DNA of 64,000 bases from Octopus sinensis (lineage: Eukaryota), in assembly GCF_006345805.1 (NCBI RefSeq), contig NC_042998.1, positions 35,216,001 to 35,280,000 of the forward strand, in the 5' to 3' direction. A program made the position numbers and the translations under genes. The notes beneath the pieces were generated by a model. It had not been told where the DNA came from. It was given only the letters and a program-made list of their open reading frames with translations, and searched no databases. Below are positions 1 to 12,028 of this stretch, piece after piece; the stretch's first letter is position 1; each line of letters starts with the position of its first letter.

Positions 1-213
1 GAGCGCGGACTACTAACCCCAAGATTCCGAGTTCGATTTCAGGCAGTGACCTGAATAGCAACAACAACAACAACATCGAAAAATACCTTAGGAAAAATAG
101 AACCCATGTTCGAAATTTCCCCTAAGACACCTGATGAAGGCTGGAGGGTATATCAGCCGAAACGTTGTGTTAACTACAAACAAGATGAGAACAAATATCC
201 GTCAAATGTAAAT
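1..213 (+). mobile_element. tRNA-headed SINE-like element with an internal hammerhead ribozyme (5' end cut by window edge)
   Basis: tRNA-like 3' half with B-box GTTCGATT at 31-38, then (AAC)n, a linker and an HHR core at 131-162. A related copy at 15168-15313 shares both head and tail. Confidence 0.7.
126..171 (+). ncRNA. Minimal type I hammerhead ribozyme
   Basis: Stem I GACAC/GUGUU; CUGAUGA plus extra A; stem II GGCUG/CAGCC; GAAA; loopless self-complementary stem III (AACGUU); GUU triplet, cleavage after 166. Confidence 0.75.
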
Positions 214-885
214 AATATAAATGATATAAATAATGTTGGTTAATCCATGTCTACAGTAAAAGAAACCTTCTCAGGGTGCAGCGAATGCGGATAGAAACTA
301 GAACCACATACTAGAGAAGCGAACATTAGAATAATATTCTATTATTCGGATTTATGTAAAAGAGATTTGAATCAACATTTCATTAAACAGAAACAGAAGA
401 CAATCATGAAATTGTTCATTTAAAAAATTTTATAGTATACAACCAATCTATATATTTTCAAGAAGGGGGCGAGAATACGACGAGAGCAACATAAACCTTT
501 AAATGGAAGTAGGTTAGGGGTCAGTTAGTTCACCACATATCGTGATTTCAGTAACAATTATAAACACATAACACCTGATGTCCTAAAATCATTTTGTTCC
601 AATAGTTTTGTTATACTTTTGCTTTTACTTCAGACAATATAATTTATTGATTAGCACACTTGAGCATAAGCGATATATATCACACCAGCTTAAAGGCTCC
701 GCTAATATCTTGGACACTTCCATCTACTGGAAGTAATTGCCAAAATATATTTTTGTTTAAAACACAGATTTGGTGACCAACCTAGAGGTATTAATACATA
801 CTAACACATACACACACAACTACACACGCATACACGTTTTCGTGTGTGTATGTGTGTGTGTGTGTGTCTTTGTAGTGGTGTGCAC

Positions 886-1036
886 TTGTCTGTATCACAC
901 CGATTCTCTCTGAGAAGTACGTTAAAGGTACGCGTGTCTGTGGAGTTCTCAGCCACTTATACGTTAATTGCACGAACAGGTTGTTCTGTTAATCGGGTCA
1001 ACTGGAGCCCTCATTGTCGTAACCGACATAGTATCA
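886..1036 (+). mobile_element. 3' tail fragment of SINE C/D
   Basis: Diverged match to the tail of copies at 14297 and 36758 (tacgttaagggtacacgtgtctgtggag...cgtaaccgac). Confidence 0.7.
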
Positions 1037-1496
1037 GACCAGAACCTCACAACCTGTGTGCACAGAGAATGAACGTCTCTCCGACGTGAGGAAAATAACA
1101 TTGTCTGGTTTAACAAAAAAATAAAAACGAATTTCAAAACGAAAATCATGCTAATCCATTCCTAAAGAAACTTCAAACACAGCAGTTGTGCACACAGGCG
1201 ACATATTTCTTTATGAACTACATCTGCCAACATTATTATGATGTAACTCCGAGACCCCAGAAACAGTTGTCGGACTTGTAATGCCTTCTCCCCTCTAATT
1301 CATTGAGTCTACGTAACCTATATATATATATACACACATTTATACTTGATTTTTAATCATCTGAAAATTTTGCCTTCTCTTTTTACATATATACATGTAT
1401 ATATAGATATTGTACATTAAAAACCAAGTTCGTTATTTATTTCAATTATTATCTCTCTCCAGCTCTCTCTCTCTCTCTCTTTCTCACACACAAACA

Positions 1497-1557
<61 letters not shown>

Positions 1558-2228
1558 TTTGTGCGTATATATGTGTGTGTATTGACCAAAGAATAAGGTT
1601 ATTAACCATAGCTTTCCTGCTGCCCAATCATTGCCCAGTTCGAGAATATCACAGACACGATTGAATTAACAGGTAGTTCCACGGGGAAACATGGCAGGAC
1701 TTTGAAGAGAGAACTGATAAGAAGTGGTATAATTATGCGTTGAACAAGACACGTGACAACATCCTCACCGCAATTATTCGAGATGTACTTGTTTGGACGC
1801 AGGGAAAATGTAGATAAATGGTCCGGAAATAATATTCAAAACTTACGTCGTAGCTGAAGTGAAAACTCTTGCACTCCGATAAATTCTTCGATGGCTTCTG
1901 ACCTAAACATTGTCTGCAAAAACAGTAAAGAAACTGTCCAAGTACAAGGACTTTGAAAGTGGAATAATTCGGAATTGGCGTATGAAAGTGAAAGCAGAAT
2001 AAATAATAACTGAAGCATCAGGTTGGATTTAAAATATGGGAATAAAATATAAAACAACAGCAGAATGCAAAAAAGATACCCACAGTGCTAAAGAGAATGT
2101 TTCTGCACAACTCTCTGCATACGACGCATGCTCAGAAAAACTGACACTTCCCTGGTTACGACAATGACGACTGTTCCGATAAACAGAACAGCCGCCTCGT
2201 GAATCATTCATATATGTTTCTTTATGAT

Positions 2229-2422
2229 CCACAAGGTGCTAAACATAGAGGGGACAAACAAGGACAGACAAACGGATTAAGTCGATTACATCGACCCCAG
2301 TGCGTAACTGGTACTTAATTTATCGACCTCGAAATGATGAAAGGCAAAGTCGACCCCGGCAAACGAAATACGGCTACGCATTTCACCCGGCGTGCTAACG
2401 TTTCTGCCAGCTCGCCGCCTTA
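2229..2422 (-). mobile_element. tRNA-derived SINE family A
   Basis: Reverse complement of ggcggcgagctggcagaaacgttagcacg...ttgtgg; internally deleted. Confidence 0.85.
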
Positions 2423-2711
2423 ATCGTTCATATATCCCTACCTGCCCTTCTTATATTTTATACAATCGACTTCTAACACTAAAATATTTCGCACTGATCA
2501 CACACTACATGCGAAATATATATGTCGTCTACCAAACAGCACAACCTACATTGCACGTATTCTGTTCGGCAGGCAGAATACTAAAATTACTTTAGAAACT
2601 AACAAACACATTCCACCTTTTACTTTCGTCTTAACATCACACTATCGTCTTATAATTAAATTGCTTTTAGAACAAACTTCTAGTTTTCTTACATTTTCAC
2701 AGACATTCTCT

Positions 2712-2894
2712 AGAACAGTACTTTGTGCAAAACCAAAAATATTGGCACCCGAGTCATAATATGAACTTGAACTTCTAACTTGTTGCTTCTTGAGGTCTCT
2801 CGTTGAGTCAACTTGTACAAATGCAAAGCAAAAGTCAAACATATAACAACAACAACAACAACAACAACAACAATAATAATAATAATAATAATAC
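2712..2894 (+). repeat. LINE-3'-end-like repeat, copy 1, ending in (AAC)n(AAT)n
   Basis: Shares cttgtt..cttgaggtctct..aacttgtacaaatg.aaagcaaaagtcaaaca with 2957-3112. Confidence 0.5.
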
Positions 2895-2956
2895 TTTCTA
2901 TGTAATCTAAAGTTTTTAAACAAACATAATTTTCTTATGGTTTCTTAAACATTCAC

Positions 2957-3112
2957 TAGTACAACACTAAGTAGAAAACCAAATATATGGCACACTAGGC
3001 ATAACACCAACATGAACCTCCAACTTGTTATCTCTTGAGGTCTCTGGGTGAGACTTGGAGCTAACTTGTACAAATGTAAAGCAAAAGTCAAACACAAAAT
3101 AATAAAAATAAT
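2957..3112 (+). repeat. LINE-3'-end-like repeat, copy 2
   Basis: Diverged direct repeat of 2712-2894, ending aataataaaaataat. Confidence 0.5.
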
Positions 3113-3120
3113 CAGCGAGA

Positions 3121-3593
3121 ATCCGGTGGAATGCAATGATTCAGTGCGATTACCTGACCAGGCATCGGAAACCGGACATTGTTGTGGTGAATAAAAAAAG
3201 AACATGCATGATAATCGACATAGCATGCCCTGGTGACAACAGGATCAAAGAGAAAGAAGAAGTGAAACTGAACAACTATTACGGTTTCAAGTAGGTAAAA
3301 TACGAAGGTTGCTGTCAATGAAGAGAGTAGACGTGATGCCAATAATAATTGGAAGTATCTGCACTCAACTACCAACGTGGACCAAAAAGATTGGTACAAG
3401 TGTGAAGGGAGAACACCTACAAAAACCAACCTTGCTTGGAACTGCAAAAATTTTTCGCAGGGTTTTTGAATAATGACCAGTAAACAAGTGCCACCTTAAT
3501 CTGTTGGCTGCGGACAGCTGACACTTTCCATCAAACGCAGTAAAATAAGCTGAGAATTTTCTTCGAATAAGTTAACGACAACAACAGCAACAT
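3121..3593 (+). mobile_element. 3' end of an R4/Dong-like non-LTR retrotransposon (restriction-like endonuclease domain), decayed
   Basis: Translates WNAMIQCDYLTRHRKPDIVVVNKKRTCMIIDIACPGDNRIKEKEE (PD..D motif), then ...LLGTAKIFRRVFE*; AAC-rich tail. Confidence 0.8.
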
Positions 3594-5456
3594 CAAGTTG
3601 GGTCCTCTCAAAACGGCTCATCTTGTACGACTGCTGTCCATGAAATTAAAAGCAATCGCAAATGAGAAAGTTGGGACAACAAGCCGTGCACTGACGCTTT
3701 ACATTCGTAATCTACTTTTTTTGCTTTGTGCAACACACGTGAATAATGTCAAGGAGCCGTAGACGTTGTGGAGAGGAGAAATCGAAAATAAGACAGTCAC
3801 TAAATCTAAGTCCCTAGCGAATGGAGAAAAGATTTATATTCAATAAACAGATATCAGAAACGGAAATAAACAATTCATTAAGAGAAAAAAAATATTGAAA
3901 ATATGCAAAACAATCGACCACACGGAAAAAGATAATATCTCAATATCTCATAAAGTAATGGCTGCATCACAACAGTATTCGCCTCATCAAAACAAGAAGA
4001 TATAAATCTCCACAGAAGAAAAGAAGTTAACACATAACAATCAAACAAACATACAATAAAATGAAGATTCAAAGAATAATGAAGATATTGCAGAACCCGC
4101 CTCACACGAACAATACAAGGTATTAAAGTAGAACAAATGGAGACTTAGAGAAAGAAGAATAGCCAAAATGATTATGAAAATTCGTTGCGGTCTCGTTCAA
4201 CCAATGACACAACCACAACAAAATAATGCCCTCGACTCAACACTTAAGAACAAATCAATTGAAAGCATACCATCAGAATTGATCACCATTGAGGCTAACA
4301 AAAAGTTAGAGGAAAGCAAGAAAGATCAATAAATTCTATGCAAATGCATAAAGCCTACCAAAACGCTACTGAAATATGCACCTCTACGAAATGATAAATA
4401 TGTCACATAGCCCGGCAATAAATTCATTCCACGCATGTGTATTACCCTAATATCAACTGACTGGATAATCTTATCTATTCAGAGACAGCATCGAGGGAAA
4501 TCAGGCTTGATCCTAATGAAGTCAGCTGTCTTCAGCGAAACATCACAAAAGTGAAAAGAAAATATACTAGAGAAAATGGAAACGGAAACAGAGAGACCTG
4601 TTTTTACTTGGCGAAGTTGAAAACTCTAATATGGAAATTAAAAGGAAAACAATTTTTTTTTAAATATAGAATCAATAAAAGGTAAGTAAAAGTATGGTTA
4701 AAGAAATATTCCGAAAAATATTATGCGAGATAACACACTTCAAAACAGAAAACGTTAATGTATTTTAATCAAATGCAAAATAATTTCCATGGACGTTAAC
4801 ACGAAAACATCACAACACTACATGACATACTCGCATCATTGGCGGTTGAAGCATACAGGAACAGAATATAGAGCAAACATATTTAACCCATTCTAAAAAC
4901 ACAATGATAAGAAACGAAAGTAATTAAAATGCACAAAGGTATCATATCCAGCAAGAAATTCGGCAATATTTTAAAGATTTGCAATCAACTTGAAAGTCCA
5001 CGAAATTTACAAAATTCTTGGTTACTGGCTGAAACCCTGAAACATTACCCGTCAATATTTCGTTATAACAAAGAAAAAAAAATGATAATCTGACCAACAT
5101 CAATACATTAATGCCATATTGCAAAAGTACCAGCGACCTTAACGGCTCCGTATTGTGTCATGCACCGCACCGTCATACTTTGTTCGACTAGCTTACAAAT
5201 CTTGCCTGAAGAGCATTATGCGTGCCAGAAAGTCACCTATTGCCAACGCACGTCTCTACCTCATATTCAGGTACACACTTCTATAGGATTTTCTCCAATC
5301 GAGGAGCACATATCCTGCACATATTACATGTTCCTCTCCAATTCTTTCATAACCCTTTTATTGGGGGCACATGGGAGCTCAATCTGCTAATTGCAAAATT
5401 GATAGTCTTTATATACTTCATTTCTTGGATAAAATTATTGGACAAAGAGTTATTCT

Positions 5457-5958
<502 letters not shown>

Positions 5959-6138
5959 CTATATGTTTTCTATTTGTGGAGCAGGCTTATATGAAGGGCC
6001 TCACTATGACCTGCAACATCAACAAAATATACCGCCTTGTTTTAGCTGCTGCTAGCGGTGGGGTTCTTGTTACTGTTTATAATATTTGTCACTTAAATTA
6101 CAACTTTCAATACTATTTTTGTTATTTTTCAATGAGTA

Positions 6139-7017
6139 CTAGGTCTGATCAATAAGTATCCGGACTGTTGCTATAGTAATGAAGCTAAAACACGCAGAGT
6201 AAAGCCACTTGGCGCAAATTGACCTAGAGCCCTGCTGTGCATGCGCACTAAGTGTTAGCGTTCTAACTTACTTCTGCTGTTTACAGCAGTGCTTGGAAAG
6301 AACGTGTGTAGCATGTGATCGTCGCATTGAGCATGACAGAGAAAGTTGTCATGGCGATACCTGCTCAGTGGCCTACGCAAAGTTTCAGAAAGTGTATGGA
6401 GACGAGAGTATGAGCCGTACACAGGTGAACGAGTGGTTCAGACATTTCCAAGACGACCGAAAAAATTTCGATAATGACGAACGTTCTGGAAGACCCGCAA
6501 CCAGCAGAACTGAGAAAAACATCGCATATGTGCGTGCAGCTGTGAGGGGAAATCGTCGAATCACTATCCGTGAGTTATCAGAGAATGTGCAGATTAGTTA
6601 CGGTTCAGTTCAGTTCATTATCACTGAAGATTTGGGTATGAGACGCGTGTCTGCCAAGTTTGTGCCAAAACCGTTTTCAGCTGACCAAAACAACACTTGG
6701 GTTTCAGTTGCGCAAGATCTCCTTGATTGTGTCAAGAACGATGAAGACCTTTTGAAGACTTTGCGTAGGCCTCTGAGCAGGTATCGCCAAGTTTTTGACA
6801 AAATTTGATGCAGATTCCCTACTTGACTTTTTCTGTCATGGTCAATGCGACGATCACACACTACACACCTTCCTTCCAAGCACTGCTGTAAACAGCGAAA
6901 GTAAGCTATAACTTTAAGACTTAGTGCAGAATTTAAGGTAAGGTCAATTTGTGCCAAGCGGCTTTACTCTGAGTGCTTTGGCTTCGTTACTATGGCAACA
7001 GTCCGGATTAGACCACG
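6139..7017 (+). mobile_element. Internally deleted mariner element with ~260-bp inverted ends
   Basis: TA flanks at 6137-38 and 7018-19. Inverted similarity runs 6139-~6395 versus ~6745-7017. Confidence 0.85.
6209..6808 (+). pseudogene. Mariner transposase N-terminal DNA-binding region only (no DD34D domain)
   Basis: VYGDESMSRTQVNEWF...DDERSGRP...NRRITIRELS...LGMRRVSAKFVPK. Confidence 0.85.
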
Positions 7018-7963
7018 TATCTAAAACCGTTTGATTTCGGTTCTCTGTCTTAATTTTACGTACACTTTAAGAATGCTTTTACTTGAAAAATTCTGGAAAC
7101 GTTCAATGTTGTTTTTGTGTTAGTTCTATGTCTGCCGCACATTGTTTCGTTTAAACTGGAAATATTAATATTCGTAACATTTGTACCTGTTTACATGAAC
7201 TGTGTGTTGGCTATGTTTACGTTTTATCGAACTTTATTGCCATTGCTATTTTTATCGATTAGTTTTATTCTTGTGATATCTATTGTTAATAATTCGCTAT
7301 TTATTCCAGCCTTTAGATTCCATGGTCATGATTTCAATGTTTCTATTTCTGTTACTTCAATTCCGTTCTTTAATTGTTTTCTAATGTTCTTTCTTTGAAA
7401 TGATATTTCAGCTGAATATTTTTTTTAACAACTGTTTAAGTTAGCTAGTCCGTGGGTGTCCATCATTAGTTTAAATCTGGATAATTTTCCCTCCATATTT
7501 TCCGTAGTTTCAATTTGGTGTAGTATCGCTCAATTTACACGAATATAGAACAGGAACATATTGCTCCCATGCATTTACGTATTTCCTGTTCCATTTCATA
7601 GTTTTAAGGAATTCGTCCCTTTATTTAAACCCTCGTTATTTTCGTTTGGAACCATTTTATTTGTTTCTTGTGCTGTTGAGTTTTATATGCGCCGTATTTT
7701 TTGTACTTTTTATTCTCAGGATCAAAGTATTTCTCTTTTATTTCCTGCAGACTAAATTGTAGGCTTTTGAATTGCGTTATTTGTTACTTTTAACAGATAG
7801 TGATTCAATCTGATGTTGTTATGAACCGTGTGTCGATAGTTTATTCACTAAGAGAATAAATTCGCCAGAAAGTATGAGCATTCGTTAAACAGAAATTACA
7901 TGTCATACTGAACAGTAATGTTTATGTTACTTAGTATTTATCTTTCAATATTTCCATCACTTT

Positions 7964-8786
7964 AAGGCGGCGAGCTGGCAGAAACGTTAGCACGCTGGAC
8001 GAAATGTTTAGCGGTATTTCGTCTGCCGTTACTTCCTGAGTTCAAATTCCGTCGAGGTCGAATTTGCCTTTCATCCTTTCGGGGTCGATTAAATAAGTAC
8101 CAGTTACGCACTGGGTCGATATAATCGACTTAATCCGTTTGTCTATCCTTGTTTGTCCCCTCTGTGTTTAGCCCCTTGTGGGTAGTAAAGAAATAGGTAT
8201 TTCGTCTGCCGCTACGTTCTGAGTTCAAATTCCGTCGAGGTCGACTTTGCCTTTAATATTTTCGGGGTTGATAAATTAAATACCAGTTGCGTACTAGGGT
8301 CAATGTAATTGACTTAATGCCTTTGTCTGTTCTTGTTTAGCACCCTGTGGGCAATAAAGAAATAGATATTTCCATCACTTTAATGCAGCAAGCTGGCAGA
8401 AAAGTTGGCACGCCGGGCGAAATACTTCGCGGTATTTCGTCTGTCTTTACGTTGTGAGTTCAAATTCCGCCGAGGTCGACTTTGCCTTTCATCCTTTCGG
8501 GGTCGATAAATTAAGTAGCAGTTACGCACTGGGGTCGATGTAATCGACTTAATACCTATGTCTGTCCTTGTCTGTCCCCTCTGTGTTTAGCCCCTTGTGG
8601 GTAATAAAGAAATAGAAATAGGTATTTCGTCTGTCTTTCAGTTCTGAGTTCAAATTCCGCTGAGGTCGGCTTTGCCTTACATCCTTTCGGAATCGATAAA
8701 TTAAGTACCAGTTGCGTACTGGGATCGATGTAATCGACTGGCCCTCTCCTCAAAAATGTCCGGCCTTGTGCTTAGTATAGAAAAGA
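7964..8786 (+). mobile_element. Array of four SINE A units (two dimers)
   Basis: Repeated gagttcaaattccg.cgaggtcgactttgcc units; atatttccatcacttt occurs at 7948, 8366 and 8787. Confidence 0.85.
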
Positions 8787-8903
8787 ATATTTCCATCACT
8801 TTTTCAAGCTCATATGATGTTTGTATCTCGTTGATATTTGATACATTTCGAAACATCCAAGTAGTATTCTCTCGAGTTAAATATCTTCAGTGTTACTTAT
8901 CAC

Positions 8904-9047
8904 TTTCTTCTTCTTCTTCTTCTTCTTCTTCTTCTTCTTCTTTTCTTCTTTTCTTCTTTTTCTTCTTCTTTTCTTCTTTTTCTTCTTCTGTTCTTCTTCT
9001 TCTTTTTCTTCTTCTTCTTACTATTATTATTATTATTATTATTATTT

Positions 9048-9083
<36 letters not shown>

Positions 9084-9147
9084 TTATGATTTATTATTAT
9101 TATTTGTTATTATTTTTTATTATTATTATTATTATTATCACTATTAC

Positions 9148-9190
<43 letters not shown>

Positions 9191-9234
9191 GTTGTTGTTG
9201 TTGTTGTTATTGTTATTGTTGTTGTTGTTGTTGT
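8904..9234. repeat. Compound trinucleotide microsatellite (TTC)(TAT/TAC)(TGT)
   Basis: Direct reading. Confidence 0.95.
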
Positions 9235-9614
9235 ACTTCAACAGAAAAGGTACGCTTCAAAACATATCCGTGAATTTTCAGAATGAATCGTCGTTTCTGT
9301 CCGAATGGGAATTTACTTTTATCATTTCTGTTGTCAGTTGTGAAAACGAGCGAATAAGTTAGCATTTGGAGTCAGTGTCCTCTCCATATCATTCTTCCTT
9401 TTCCTCCACACCGAAAAAAAAAATGTTTGTTTTCATTTTTGTCTACACACAATTCATTACATTTCGATTTAAAAAAACAAAAAAAAAAAACAAAAAAAAC
9501 AAAGCAATCATGGATCTTTGTGAGAAACTAATAACGTTTGCTGAGAAGAAATCTGAGACAGAGAGAGAGGGGGAAGAGAGAAAATGTAAGACATAGAGAG
9601 AGAAAATAGAGCAA

Positions 9615-9646
<32 letters not shown>

Positions 9647-9891
9647 TGAGACCGGTGACAGAGTTGTAGTTGTAGCATGATCAAACTTTCCAGCTGAAGA
9701 CTCGACAAATGACATGGACGGTGTTTAGTGGAAAACAATCATACAAAAACGTGGTAAATAATGTTGGGATTTACGAGAATAACATCAATTCTCAAAGCAG
9801 AGCATCAGAAGTATCAATCAAAAGCCTAGGCATCAACAACAACAACAACAACAACAACAGAAAAAAATAAAAGATCTACATGAATAATATA

Positions 9892-9960
9892 GGCGCAGGC
9901 GTGGCTGTGTAGTAAGAAATCTGCTTCCGAGCCGCATGGTCCCAGGTTCAGTCCCACTAG
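9892..9960 (+). mobile_element. SINE B head fragment
   Basis: ggcgcaggcgtggctgtgtagtaag..ggttcagtcccact. Confidence 0.7.
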
Positions 9961-10001
9961 ATATATCAAGTTGGGTCGTGGTATGCTGTTTCCATTGACG
10001 A

Positions 10002-10399
10002 GGCGGTGAGCTGGAAGAATCGTTAGCACGCCGGGTAAAATGCTTAGCGGTATTTCGTCTGCCGCTTCGTTCTGAGTTCAAATTCCGCCGAGGTCAACTT
10101 TGCCTTCCATCCTTTCGGAGTCGATAAATTAAGTACCAGTTACGCACTGGGGTCGATGTAATCGTTTGTCTGTCCTTGTTTGTCTCCTCTGTGTTTAGCC
10201 CCTTGTGGGTAGTAAAGAAATAGGTATTTCGTCTGTCGCTTCGTTCTGAGTTCAAATTCCGCCGAGGTCAACTTTGCCTTCCATCCTTTCGGTTTCGATT
10301 AAATAAGTACCAGTTACGCACTGGGGTCGATATAATCGACCTAATCCGTTTGTCTGTCCTCTCTGTGTTTAGCCCCTTGTGAGTAGTAAAGAAATAAGT
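10002..10399 (+). mobile_element. SINE A dimer
   Basis: Full unit followed by a unit restarting at atttcgtctg. Confidence 0.85.
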
Positions 10400-10410
10400 C
10401 TGTTGTTTCC

Positions 10411-10620
10411 ATCGAGAAACTGATACACCCTTCCGGTGAGGATGGATGTAAGTAATTTGTACATGGTGGTCAAACAAGTGATGGGACTGTCATTTGGGGG
10501 GATTTTTGCGTCATTTGTTTTAGGGAGTAGGTATATTTTCCCTAATGTTAACCAACTTGGAGTCTTCTTGGGGTTTCTGATGATGTTAGGGAAACATTCC
10601 GTTATCTGACAATGTGATGA
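10411..10620 (-). pseudogene. R4/Dong-like reverse transcriptase fragment
   Basis: Minus-strand translation PSWLTLGKIYLLPKTNDAKIPPNDSPITCLTTMYKLLTSILT. Confidence 0.75.
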
Positions 10621-11364
10621 TGAGAGGCTATTAAGCCAGAAGTTTGGGACTTATAAAAACGATTAATATACTTTATAGTATATTATGGTTGTATAACGGA
10701 ATACCACGTACCTAAAAATCATTAATATTTACGTACCAGCTCCAGAAATGCGTGTAATATGTAAATTGGTATATCCAGCAACTACACACCACTATATAGT
10801 GTGGATATTTAAGCAATGTGTTCGAGGATGATTAATGGATTAGACAGATACTGATGAAGGTGGAAAAATTCCTGAAATATGCATATACGCCCAATCCCCA
10901 TTTTTCATTTTCGATCTCATTGTTGATTTACATCTGACGTCTCGTATACGAAACCTAGTAACAAAAATCAATGCCGATTATAATTTCTATAGAATATCTG
11001 TTGAGAGAACCTTAACGAGAACTTGAAATAGTTCCTGCATTGTAGTACCATTCCATCCCTGATCTTCAATCTTAGCCATTCTTTCTTTTTATCTTCCTAC
11101 CCATTCAGCTTCTTTGTTGAATTCCTTTCTATTGCTCTATATACTTTTCCAAAATGTTACTACTTTCATGTCTGGCGGGTCTTTTACTTTGATCGACTGT
11201 TTCCCTAACTCTCTAGCACCGGTTTCAAATATACCCAGCAGTTTTACCCTGAGCACTTTAGCCCCGTTAACATAACATTATTTTGTCTGTAAAATTTGTT
11301 TCTCTTTTCATACCTACGTAAGCATTGGGCCTTAACCTGCATTTTTTGCTTTCCTTTGCATTTT

Positions 11365-11640
11365 TATCATTATCATTATTATTATTTTGGTTTGGCTCAG
11401 GTTCGGTCTTATTCCTTGTAGGAATTATATGGATAGCGGGTTAGTTCCTGTAACCTTAGGTATTCACAATTTTTCAGTAGTCTTTCAAGTGTTTAGAACC
11501 CTCCTGCTAATCTTTGCTGTCCCTAAGAGACAAACTTTCTGTAGGAGCTCTACCGGGAATTCTACTTCAATCTCTTTCAGTCATTTGTCTATATCTTGGT
11601 TTACCGTTCCCAACGCACCAATTATTATAGGCACGGAAAA
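11365..11640 (-). mobile_element. 3' end of an R4/Dong-like LINE with (AAT)n tail
   Basis: Minus strand VPIIIGALGTV...LLQKVCLLGTAKISRRVLNT*. Confidence 0.8.
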
Positions 11641-11655
11641 TTATATTATATAATA

Positions 11656-12028
11656 CTAGCAGTATCGCCCGGCGTTGCTCGGGTTTGTAAGGGAAATAAC
11701 TATAAAGCATTTTTAGAGAGTTATAGCCAAAAAATGGAAAAAAAGTGATGGTAAATTTTTTTTTTTAGTTAAAAAGGTCGAGTTGCGTCCCCTAGACAGT
11801 CCGTGGTTTGTGTTTCTGATTCTCGACCCCATGTCGAATTTATCGATTTTTTTCAGAACTGGGGGAACTTTTCAAAATTTTCGCTGCGTTAGTTTTGAAT
11901 TATGACATTGGGCTATGTGTGTGTCAAGTTTCATCAGAATCGGTTGAAAGCCGTGGTCAGGGTGAGGGTACAACCTAATTGACACACAGAAACACACACA
12001 GACAAACTGCCGTTTATATATAGAGAGA
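11656..12028 (-). mobile_element. Non-autonomous Helitron, family H1
   Basis: On the minus strand: 5'-TC, subterminal hairpin cccgagcaacgccggg, 3'-CTAG, inserted between A and T. Second copy at 26598. Confidence 0.8.

Noticed and set aside
275-510. Possible decayed GIY-YIG remnant (CSECG, LNQHF, HKPLN)
   Set aside because: Too few residues in broken frames to support without a profile search.
4513-4545. CTAATGAAG..GCTG(TCTT)CAGC-GAAAC hammerhead-like string
   Set aside because: Core mutated, extra bases before stem II, no stems I or III. The surrounding 3860-4560 may be an old PLE but could not be decoded.
7020-7790. A-rich minus-strand region hinting at an old PLE RT
   Set aside because: No motif could be recovered confidently.
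7964-8786. CRISPR-like regular repeats
   Set aside because: The units are SINE copies; eukaryotic context, no unique spacers and no cas genes.
8756-9286. 176-aa ORF
   Set aside because: Product of trinucleotide microsatellites.
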